Of a stretch of 32,000 bases of DNA, positions 16,053-24,010 are shown piece after piece. Below the pieces are notes generated by a model that did not search any database, was not told where the DNA came from, and saw nothing but the letters and a program-made list of their open reading frames with translations. The DNA is from Candidatus Electronema aureum. GTDB taxonomy: Bacteria > Desulfobacterota > Desulfobulbia > Desulfobulbales > Desulfobulbaceae. The stretch is taken from the NCBI GenBank assembly GCA_004284765.1, contig NQJD01000003.1, positions 90,001 to 122,000 of the forward strand, in the 5' to 3' direction. A program made the translations under genes and the position numbers. Every line of letters starts with the position of its first letter. Position 1 is the stretch's first letter.

Positions 16053-17555
16053 TCATGCATCCACCAACTGGATGTGCGCTAATCTACCGCCATTTTCTTT
16101 TGAAAACAAAATCTGACTGTTGTCGCTGAGGGCGATTCTGCTGCCGGGCGGAACCGGCTGCTTGCTGGCAAGATCAATCAAGCCGGGCAAACGCTCATTG
16201 ACCAACAGCCATGTGCTGTTGTGAAAAATAAAATATCCAACTCGCTGCCTGTCCTGCAAAGACAGCCGTTCGTTGGGTACAATGTTTCGATTGACATGCC
16301 AAGGAAAAAGCGACTGACCAGTATAAACCATCAAACGATGATTGTCTGGCAAAAACTTGCCGTCATGGCGGCTGGAATAAAGATTGAGGACTGGCAGCTT
16401 ACCCTTGTACGCTGTTCCACAAAACGGGCATTTGGGCGATTTAGTATTGTCAAAGACATACCATTTCTGCTCGCACTGCGGATTGGCGCAAGGCTGAAGC
16501 AAATCAACCGTCTTGATCAAAGCCTGCTCCCATTCATCTGCTGTGGGCCGTTTTTCGGGGCAATGCAGCCCGTCAACAAATGCCTGCTGGAAAAGTTTGC
16601 TCAGATACGGCCCGGTGATCTGGCAAGGCAAAGCAGCGGTGTCCTTCCAAGGTAGTTCTAAGGGCTTGAGATTGTCCAAGCGAATTTTATTAGAACGATC
16701 AGCCAGATGCTCAACAAAGAGGGCGCGTTCGCCCATTGACAGGTCTTCATCCCGCTGCGGGTCGTCAAGATCATGCACCTTGTCCCCGCGCAAAGGATGG
16801 CGAAGCAAAAGGTACATGTAGATCAGCACTGCTAAGGCGTGCCGGTCGGTGGCAATGGAGGGCAATTTTCGGTTCAGGTCTGTTCTGTCTAAGCGACAGG
16901 TCTTGATCACCTCTGGGGCAATGAAATCCGGTGTGCCTACCACATCCGGGGGGAATTTTCCCGGTACTACCAAACCGTCAATGTCGATGATGCAGGCATG
17001 GCCACCTGCCGGATCGATCAGCACATTTTTATAGGAAAGATCAGAATGTGCCAGCCCGGCAGCGTGCATCCTCCGCACAGCCCGACTGAGCAAAATTGAA
17101 ATCCGCAGATAATCAAGCCAGCAGCCGCGTTCCGCAGGATCAAGATATTTGTTCCTGTTGCTTGGCGAGGCAAACCATTTACCTTCTTTTTCTCTGCCCT
17201 TGATCTTGAGAAAATCGCTGTTGACTGAACCTGTTGCAAAGAAGAAGTGATTCTGATAGGTAGATACTACTACGCCGATCCTGCCCTTGTCATCTTCAAC
17301 CATTTGGCTGGGCCAGCAGAATAGATTCTCCCAGTATGCGCCGCCTTCCTGATTAAAAATCCGCTCACGATAGACCCCGGTGATCATTTCAAGCCGTTCC
17401 TGCGCCTGTCTGTCCTGCTTGTCCCGGAAAAAAGCGACAACATGCTTGCGGTCAGGGGTGAAATACACGTCCTTCATCCCACCGGAGCCAATGATCTCAT
17501 CAAGATATTCGACAATTGTCCCGTTCTTTGCTTTAGCCTTGCGCACTTGAATCAT
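16053..17555 (-). CDS. Ser/Thr protein kinase-like protein of the TerY-P triad, with C-terminal zinc ribbon and FHA-like domain
   Basis: IGSGGMKDVY (Gly-loop), HSDLSYKNVLID (catalytic loop), IIDIDG (DFG-equivalent), GTPDFIAPE (APE). C356-x4-C ... C-x2-C379 ribbon. The C-terminal ~105 aa resembles FHA (GYFIFHNSTWLLVN...PVPPGSRIALSDNSQILF). ATGA overlap with the PP2C stop. Confidence 0.8.
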   Translation of the reverse strand: MIQVRKAKAKNGTIVEYLDEIIGSGGMKDVYFTPDRKHVVAFFRDKQDRQAQERLEMITGVYRERIFNQEGGAYWENLFCWPSQMVEDDKGRIGVVVSTYQNHFFFATGSVNSDFLKIKGREKEGKWFASPSNRNKYLDPAERGCWLDYLRISILLSRAVRRMHAAGLAHSDLSYKNVLIDPAGGHACIIDIDGLVVPGKFPPDVVGTPDFIAPEVIKTCRLDRTDLNRKLPSIATDRHALAVLIYMYLLLRHPLRGDKVHDLDDPQRDEDLSMGERALFVEHLADRSNKIRLDNLKPLELPWKDTAALPCQITGPYLSKLFQQAFVDGLHCPEKRPTADEWEQALIKTVDLLQPCANPQCEQKWYVFDNTKSPKCPFCGTAYKGKLPVLNLYSSRHDGKFLPDNHRLMVYTGQSLFPWHVNRNIVPNERLSLQDRQRVGYFIFHNSTWLLVNERLPGLIDLASKQPVPPGSRIALSDNSQILFSKENGGRLAHIQLVDA

Positions 17556-19300
17556 AACAGCTCGTTCTCCTTGTAGAGCAAGGCGATAGTCCGGTCATCA
17601 TGATTGCCCGGCGACCAGAAAGAAAGCCAGTTCATCAAATTGGCAGCAGTTTTTCCTGATTCAGCAGACAGCTGGTTTTGAATCGTTTTTTGCCAGAATT
17701 GATCCCAGCACTCGCTTTGGCTCAACCTGTGATCGGTTTCAAAAATCGGATCCGTGATTCCGTCTGTAAGCAAAATCAGCGCGGTCATCGTATCAAAAGA
17801 CGCAAAGGATATCCGCTGCATGATATCTTCACCGTTATTAGCCTCTGGATCGAGAAAACGGGTCTGTCCTGCATATTCGCCGCTGTCAGCCTGCCCTAAC
17901 AGCGTTACTGAGCGACCTTCTTGATATACAGCCATGCCACCGTCGCCGATCCAATATCCGACCACGAAATGTTTGCCTTTTATCTCTCTATGGGCTGCCA
18001 GCAATAGCGTAGCATAAAAATCACGAAACTTGCTCTCTTCTTTTTTACTGGTCTGATGAATGGTATTGATTGCAGCGTAAACCGCTTGGCTAAATACAGT
18101 ATAGAGCTTCTGTCTGAGTAGCTTTGCTGTCTCATCTGATTGGCCCGCCTGTTCCCAAGCAGATACGGCCTCAAAGAGAGCATCGTTGTGCTCCGTCAGC
18201 TTTTCCGCCAGCAGTTTTGACGATTCCTGCACTGCTATCTTGGCACCTTCTCTGGAATACTGACAGCTACCTGCGCCATCAGACACAGCAAGAATATGCC
18301 ATTGTTGAGGATGCTTGCCAATCAGAGCAAAATCATCATCCCGGCATTTTCCTTCATGGGCATGGGACCTACCTCGCTTGCTCGCGGCGACGAGCTTCCA
18401 GCCGTTCTGTCCGTCCTCCTCGTGGGCATCCTCATCCTTTTTCCAGAATTTCACGCTGGTATCTGAAGGAATATCTTTCCATAACGATTTCGGATCATGA
18501 TTCACCACAAAAGTGTGGTAAGCGAAACCACTGCCACCCGTGGTTAAGATATAGGTGACTTTAAATTTGAATTCTCCCGGTTTGGATGGTGTTCCGCTCA
18601 GGCATTGCGTTTCGCTGTCATAGCAGACACCAGCCTCTTCCGTGCCTTCAATTTTGGTGACTTTGCTGAATTGGCCACCATTATGAAAAATCTTCTCAGA
18701 ATACCATGTATTGACCATTGCATTTGGAATTATGAGCATCATTCTTGTTTGATGTGAATCATGATTCATCTGTAGATTCTGAGTCGGCATGTCTATTTCG
18801 TGTACATTGCGTATTTTTTCATAATTTCTATCATTAGAAATGATAGCTTTTTCTATCCCTGTTGTTTCTGTATCATTTGTATTTTGTTCATCTGCACGTA
18901 GGGGAAGAAAATCTTTTGCCCCTACATCGGCCCGGCATAGCTCAATTCGCGGCTCATGCAAGAGGTCTATTGTAATGCGTTCTTGCTCTATTTGCTTTTC
19001 ATCATCAATCGACCTGTGTTCAGATTGGCTTTTATCCACCACCAGCATAACAGCATCTTTATCTCCATCTTCTATAGCTGGCTCGCTTATTTTTTTTACG
19101 GCATCATCAGTCATCTGTTTGTTCTCTTTCCAGCTGCACCACTTTTTAAAGATATCTTCTGAAATAACCCTCAACTGGGCAAGAATATCTTCGCCTGCAA
19201 ACTGACATAGTTGATCAGGTAAAGGATGCTCATCATAGATTACTAACAGTTCTCGGCAGATTGAATGGAATACCTTTTTTTCCTCGCCCGCATCTTTCAT
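17552..19300 (-). CDS. PP2C-family protein phosphatase of the TerY-P triad, with ~300-aa N-terminal extension (acidic low-complexity region plus Ig-like domain)
   Basis: C-terminal half: KRGRSHAHEGKCRDDDFAL, ILAVSDGAGS, GYWIGDGGMAVY, LILLTDGITDP (PP2C-like metal-binding Asp motifs). Residues ~188-268 carry ...AGVCYDSETQCLSGTPSKPGEFKFKVTY, like 'putative Ig' (He_PIG/cadherin-like) domains. ATGA overlaps at both ends. Confidence 0.8.
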   Translation of the reverse strand: MKDAGEEKKVFHSICRELLVIYDEHPLPDQLCQFAGEDILAQLRVISEDIFKKWCSWKENKQMTDDAVKKISEPAIEDGDKDAVMLVVDKSQSEHRSIDDEKQIEQERITIDLLHEPRIELCRADVGAKDFLPLRADEQNTNDTETTGIEKAIISNDRNYEKIRNVHEIDMPTQNLQMNHDSHQTRMMLIIPNAMVNTWYSEKIFHNGGQFSKVTKIEGTEEAGVCYDSETQCLSGTPSKPGEFKFKVTYILTTGGSGFAYHTFVVNHDPKSLWKDIPSDTSVKFWKKDEDAHEEDGQNGWKLVAASKRGRSHAHEGKCRDDDFALIGKHPQQWHILAVSDGAGSCQYSREGAKIAVQESSKLLAEKLTEHNDALFEAVSAWEQAGQSDETAKLLRQKLYTVFSQAVYAAINTIHQTSKKEESKFRDFYATLLLAAHREIKGKHFVVGYWIGDGGMAVYQEGRSVTLLGQADSGEYAGQTRFLDPEANNGEDIMQRISFASFDTMTALILLTDGITDPIFETDHRLSQSECWDQFWQKTIQNQLSAESGKTAANLMNWLSFWSPGNHDDRTIALLYKENELL

Positions 19301-20352
19301 CCTAATGACCTCACGATATCAACACGTTCATTTTTTTCCATCGGCACCATCTCAAGATGCTGCTTGCACCAAGGACATTGCGCTCGTACTGCGCCATCCA
19401 CGCAAAACAAGCGTCCGCATGAACAGAGGCCAAGAGCGGAAGGATTACCGCAGCAAGGACAGCTAGCTTGGCCGAGCAAATTATTCAGATCGACGTTCGC
19501 CTCGATTTCATTCACGGCGACAGACCAGTCAAAATACGTTTCGTCAATCAGATAACAGCCTGTCAACCGATAGCAATAGCCATTGTCTCCACTTTCCCGC
19601 AGCTCGGCGGCGGAAGAAAAAAAAATGCGCTCATATTTAAGCAAATAAGGCGTTCCGCGCTGCTGACAGCGACCAACAAAAATGGCAAAATTTTCATCAG
19701 AACTATGCGCATCACCAGCAAAAGACAAAATCCGCTCGGCCTTTTCAAGCGATATGGGCTGATTTTGTTCTCCGCGCTGCTGCACCATGATGCTTCGCGA
19801 TTTCACTGACATACTCATCCAGTCGATAAAACGGGAAAAATCCGCATTGTTTTCTCCACTGTAGGTCAGGACGTGATCCGCAAAGCGAGATAAGGTGCCG
19901 GAAGCAGCGTATTTGCCCAAACCGATTGCAATGAGCATCACCCGGCCTGCATATTTGCTTTTCCATGCCCTGATAGCTTCCTCGCAGTCGTCTGTGGGCT
20001 TGCCGTCGGTCAGTAAATAAACCAAAGGCTTCCAGTCTCCTTTGCGTTCCCGCGTGGTTGGCTGAACCTGCATATCTATTTCCCGCATCAGGTGTGTCAA
20101 GGCTCTGCCCAGCGCAGTACCAGAACCCAAGGGCAGGCGCGGCGGATAGAAAATCGGCAAATCCACAAGCGGAACCAATGTTTTCACTTTACCGGCAAAG
20201 GCGACAACCGAAAGAAAAACCGTTTCCAAGGCATGAGGGTCTTGGCGCAGCTTGGTGATGAGCTGATCAAGCCCCTGTTCAAGATACTGCAAAGGCTCTC
20301 CGATCATGGAGTCTGAAACATCAAGCACGAGAAAAATTGGCAGACGGCGCAT
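19297..20352 (-). CDS. TerY-like vWA protein with C-terminal TerY-C-type Cys-rich metal-binding domain
   Basis: MRRLPIFLVLDVSDSM (MIDAS DxSxS), LLTDGKPTD. The C-terminal 150 aa ends with CPCCGN...CSCGRLFC...CPWC (nt 19366-19461). GGAGGAG Shine-Dalgarno. Confidence 0.85.
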   Translation of the reverse strand: MRRLPIFLVLDVSDSMIGEPLQYLEQGLDQLITKLRQDPHALETVFLSVVAFAGKVKTLVPLVDLPIFYPPRLPLGSGTALGRALTHLMREIDMQVQPTTRERKGDWKPLVYLLTDGKPTDDCEEAIRAWKSKYAGRVMLIAIGLGKYAASGTLSRFADHVLTYSGENNADFSRFIDWMSMSVKSRSIMVQQRGEQNQPISLEKAERILSFAGDAHSSDENFAIFVGRCQQRGTPYLLKYERIFFSSAAELRESGDNGYCYRLTGCYLIDETYFDWSVAVNEIEANVDLNNLLGQASCPCCGNPSALGLCSCGRLFCVDGAVRAQCPWCKQHLEMVPMEKNERVDIVRSLG

Positions 20353-20387
20353 TGCATCTCCTCCAGCAACGATGTTGTTTAGCGGAA

Positions 20388-21026
20388 TTAGATCACAATC
20401 TGGATTTCAGCGGGGGGCGGTGGTAACACATCCGCAGAACCAGCACCGATGCTGGAGCTTCTCATCTCTACGCTGGCTGAAACCCACTTGAAAAAGCTCG
20501 AAAAGGCCGTGCTGTCCGTGGTGTCAAGGCTGACAATCGTGTCAGTTAGCTTGCGCAGCTGGTCAATTTTGGCCTTGGGGCCAGCAGCGCAGGCGATGAT
20601 TCTGCCGAAATGGCAATTTTTTATCTGCGGCAGTATCTCATCATAGCGGGCAACGTCTGACGGACTGCCGTCAGTCATCAAAAAAAGCATGGGCCGCCAG
20701 TCACCTTTGCGCTCGCTGGTGCTGGAAATGATGTCTCGTTTTGTCCGCTCAACAATCAGGGCCAAAGCCTCGCCGGTGTAGGTCGGTCCTGACCGAGGGC
20801 AGATGATCTCCCCGATTTGTACCTGAGATAGCGGTGTCAGCGGAAATAGCTCTTTAACCTCAATATCAAAGGTGATAACGGACAGATGTACAGAGTCAAG
20901 CGCGTGCGGGTCCTGCCGCAACGCAGTGAGCATCGCCTGCAATCCGACATTGACAGACTGAATCGCTTCTCCGTACATGGAACCTGATGTGTCAATGGCA
21001 ATATAAATCGGCAATCTGCGGGACAT
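20388..21026 (-). CDS. TerY-like vWA protein (212 aa, no C-terminal extension)
   Basis: MSRRLPIYIAIDTSGSM (MIDAS), FLMTDGSPSD, C-terminal PPPPAEIQIVI. Paralogous to 22053..22691 and to the N-terminal half of 19297..20352. Confidence 0.85.
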   Translation of the reverse strand: MSRRLPIYIAIDTSGSMYGEAIQSVNVGLQAMLTALRQDPHALDSVHLSVITFDIEVKELFPLTPLSQVQIGEIICPRSGPTYTGEALALIVERTKRDIISSTSERKGDWRPMLFLMTDGSPSDVARYDEILPQIKNCHFGRIIACAAGPKAKIDQLRKLTDTIVSLDTTDSTAFSSFFKWVSASVEMRSSSIGAGSADVLPPPPAEIQIVI

Positions 21027-21075
21027 ACTTACTCCTGTGGGCAGTACGGGTAGATAAAATCAACTAGCAATTCTG

Positions 21076-21876
21076 TTACCTTGTCACCGGATACATGCTG
21101 GTGTTAAATGCTCCCAGACGTTTGTACACTTCTTCGGTCGGAGCAATCCACACCATGCCGGGGCCTGTAAAGGTCTGAAGCAGCCCTTCGCCGCTGGTCG
21201 CGGATTGGAGAAAACTTTTTCCAGATTTTTCCGCACGAAATTCAACGCTGGCAGTTCTGGCAAAGGCAAAACTGCCATCAACGGAGAGTTTTTCTCCTGA
21301 TTTCAGTTGATAAATCAACAACTCGGCAGTAGGCACCGGTGAAACCAGCACAACTACACCTGTGCCTTTGATCTGGGTCTGAAAAAGCCCTTCTCCGCCA
21401 AACAGCGCACTGGAAACATTCCCTTGCATCTTAGCCGTGACTTCCAAATCAGCCGAAGCGCAATAGAATGCACCTTTATCAACAATCAGTCCATCTTCCT
21501 CAATATTGAATAATGAATAATGCCCGAAAGTCGGTTCTAAATAAACTTCGCCGCTACCTTTAATTCGAGATTGAAACAGCGTTTCTCCGGTGGTGAACTT
21601 ACGCATCAGACCTTTGCTCAGTCCCTGTTGTATATCAGATTTCAGCTGCAAGTCACCTTTCATGAAATAGAGCGCACCCGGTTCTATCAGGATTTCACTC
21701 CGTTCAAGCGTGACGCGGATCATTTTAAGATGGATATCAGCCTTGTTGGCAAAAAATACCTTTTCCGCCACATAGAGATTGTCCGATCCTTTGAGAGACT
21801 TGTACTGCACAACTTCAAACTTTGCCCCTGGAATCTGTTCTGTTTCGACAACTTCAAATATATCGGATTCATTCAT
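21076..21876 (-). CDS. AIM24 / TIGR00266-family protein
   Basis: 266 aa of repetitive beta-rich sequence with the typical ...GEILIEPGALYFMKGDL..., GGEGLFQTQIKGTGVVVL and GEGLLQTFTGPGMVWI blocks. GAGGAG Shine-Dalgarno. Confidence 0.75.
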   Translation of the reverse strand: MNESDIFEVVETEQIPGAKFEVVQYKSLKGSDNLYVAEKVFFANKADIHLKMIRVTLERSEILIEPGALYFMKGDLQLKSDIQQGLSKGLMRKFTTGETLFQSRIKGSGEVYLEPTFGHYSLFNIEEDGLIVDKGAFYCASADLEVTAKMQGNVSSALFGGEGLFQTQIKGTGVVVLVSPVPTAELLIYQLKSGEKLSVDGSFAFARTASVEFRAEKSGKSFLQSATSGEGLLQTFTGPGMVWIAPTEEVYKRLGAFNTSMYPVTR

Positions 21877-22052
21877 ACTATTTCTCCTCTGTTTTTCCTG
21901 ATGCTCTCATTGCTGATGGAATCTTGTTCATGATTATTTCAATTGAACCTCACATTTTATCCTGCGTTGCGTGTTAGTTCGACCGTAGGGAGAAATCTAA
22001 ACGGCAAACATCTTTCTTCAACCCAAAAACACTGTAACCGTGCCGCCGTAGA

Positions 22053-22691
22053 TCAGGCAACAATATTAATCTCCGGTGGAGGCGGCGGGAGTTCATCCAG
22101 CTTGGACAAATCTTTTTTGCTCAGATCGATCTTATGACTGCTGGTGCTGACGCTGGCGGAAATCCATTGGAAAAATTTTTTGATTGTTGCAGAATCAGCC
22201 GTGTCAAGTTGCACAACAATGTCTGATATTTCTTTCAGCACGCTGAGATCAGCATCAGCACCGGCAGCGCAAGTAATAATCATGCCGGGTTTGCTTTTTT
22301 TCAGCTCCTCCAGACTTGGCCGCCAGTCATCCGTAGGCGAACCGTCGGTCATCAAAAAAATCAACGGTTTCCAGTCGCCCCGACGTTCAGGGGTGGTTTT
22401 GATAACTTCGGTATTAATTTTTTCAGCGGTCAGTTTCAGAGCCTTGCCCAGCGAGGTAACACCCTGCGCTTGAATATCAGGAGGCTGAAAACTGACCACA
22501 TCGGTCAGCGGAACTAACTGTTTGGCATCAGTGTTGAAGGTGATAACACTGATAAAAGCAGTTTCCAAAGCATAAGGGTCTTGCCGCAAGGTTGAAGCAA
22601 GTACCTGAACTCCATTTTTTACCGCTTCAATGGCCTCGCCAGTCATTGAACCAGAATTGTCAAGCACAAGATACACAGGAAGTCGTCTCAT
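22053..22691 (-). CDS. TerY-like vWA protein (212 aa)
   Basis: MRRLPVYLVLDNSGSM (MIDAS), FLMTDGSPTD, C-terminal PPPPPEINIVA. Confidence 0.85.
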   Translation of the reverse strand: MRRLPVYLVLDNSGSMTGEAIEAVKNGVQVLASTLRQDPYALETAFISVITFNTDAKQLVPLTDVVSFQPPDIQAQGVTSLGKALKLTAEKINTEVIKTTPERRGDWKPLIFLMTDGSPTDDWRPSLEELKKSKPGMIITCAAGADADLSVLKEISDIVVQLDTADSATIKKFFQWISASVSTSSHKIDLSKKDLSKLDELPPPPPEINIVA

Positions 22692-22776
22692 TTAATCCTC
22701 TTAACTTAAGTAGTTATTGGTTCTCATGATGCTGCTCTATTCAAGCAGCATCATATTTATTTCGAAAACATGAAAA

Positions 22777-23364
22777 TCATCCCGCATTGAGTCCGTAGGT
22801 TATGCATGCAGCACCAAGACCTCCTGCATATCCTTGACCAACTGCTGTAAATCTCCACTCTCCGTCTTTTTTATACAGCTCTCCAAAGACCATCGCTGTT
22901 TCTGTCGAATAATCTTCAGTCAGATCAAAACGAACAACCTCTTGGTTATTTTCATCATTAACAACGCGGATAAAGGCGTTGTTCACTTGGCCGAAATTCT
23001 GGCGGCGGCGTTCAGCATCATAGATTGTGCAGACCACTGCCATTCTTACAACATCCGGGGACATGCTTTCTAACTTGCCGAGATCAACTCGGATGACCTC
23101 ATCGTCACCGTCTCCACCGCCAGTCAAGTTATCGCCCATGTGTTCAACCGCGCCGTTTGCTCCTTTGAGGTTATTGTAAAAAATAAAATCCTGCTCACTG
23201 CGGGCTTTTCCCGCTGCATTCAGAAGAAAAACCGAAGCGTCGAGATCAAAATCAGTGCCGTCAGTTGCCCGCTCATCCCATCCAAGCCCTATAAAAATCT
23301 TTGTAAGTCCGGGAGATTCTTTTGACAAAGATATTCTTCCGCCTTTTTCCAAGGTAATGCCCAT
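22777..23364 (-). CDS. terD: TerD-family stress protein (canonical TerD/TerE-like)
   Basis: Near full-length by-eye similarity to enterobacterial TerD: GLGWD...DGTDFDLDASVFLL, DFIFYNNLK, GDNLTGGGDGDDE, FGELYKKDGEWRFTAVGQGYAGGL. Confidence 0.9.
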   Translation of the reverse strand: MGITLEKGGRISLSKESPGLTKIFIGLGWDERATDGTDFDLDASVFLLNAAGKARSEQDFIFYNNLKGANGAVEHMGDNLTGGGDGDDEVIRVDLGKLESMSPDVVRMAVVCTIYDAERRRQNFGQVNNAFIRVVNDENNQEVVRFDLTEDYSTETAMVFGELYKKDGEWRFTAVGQGYAGGLGAACITYGLNAG

Positions 23365-23401
23365 GATTATACCCTTTGGTTATTGATAAAGAGAATGAAT
23401 T

Positions 23402-23986
23402 CTACAGTGAATGCGAGATTATCGGCATAAGATCGTTGAAGGTTCTTCCAGCTCCCCATTCTCCAATAGCCTTGAATTTCCATTCACCGTTATGGCGATA
23501 TAGTTTAGCGATAACGAGACCTGTTTTACTTCCACCTTCCACGCTAAGGTCATATTTTGCAATTATCTTGCCGGTCTTGTTATCCTTCAGAATGCAGAAC
23601 GCATTGGGAACACCGTCAAATGAATCATTCAAGAAACTATTGACGGTAAACATTAAGGTGCTGATGTTGCTTGGCACGGCGTTGAGCCGGACAAGAATTT
23701 CCTCATTGGGATCATCCGCCTGTCCTCCTCCGCTCCGATCATCTCCGCTGTGCGACACGGAGCCGTCCTTGCTTTGAAGCTGCCGAAACCAAACCGCATC
23801 TTTTAAGATTTTTTGTTCGTCAAATAAGAGACATGAGGCATCCAAGTCAACATCCACCAATTTGGAAAGACCCAAGAAGCCTTTTTCTTTTCTCTGGCCC
23901 CAGCCTAATCCCAACACGGCATCAGTTAAATGGGGAGCCTCTTTTGCCAATGAAATATTCGCACCTTTGGAAAGATTGATCGACAT
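23402..23986 (-). CDS. TerD-domain protein, divergent paralogue (TerZ/TerX-like)
   Basis: MSINLSKGANISLAKEAP..LGLGW, VDVDLDASCLLF, SGDDRSGGGQADDPNEE (variant acidic loop), AKLYRHNGEWKFKAIGE. AAGGAG Shine-Dalgarno. Confidence 0.85.
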   Translation of the reverse strand: MSINLSKGANISLAKEAPHLTDAVLGLGWGQRKEKGFLGLSKLVDVDLDASCLLFDEQKILKDAVWFRQLQSKDGSVSHSGDDRSGGGQADDPNEEILVRLNAVPSNISTLMFTVNSFLNDSFDGVPNAFCILKDNKTGKIIAKYDLSVEGGSKTGLVIAKLYRHNGEWKFKAIGEWGAGRTFNDLMPIISHSL

Positions 23987-24010
23987 AGCAGCACTCCTTT
24001 TGTAGTTGAG

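Noticed and set aside
16016-16060. N-terminal extensions given by the ORF track for the ATPase (to 16060), capD-like gene (to 30953), OMP (to 1789), coaD (from 26116) and pssA (from 24776)
   Set aside because: In each case a downstream ATG has a better Shine-Dalgarno, a 4-nt ATGA overlap with the preceding gene, or a family-typical N-terminus. The ATPase extension would also overlap the kinase stop.
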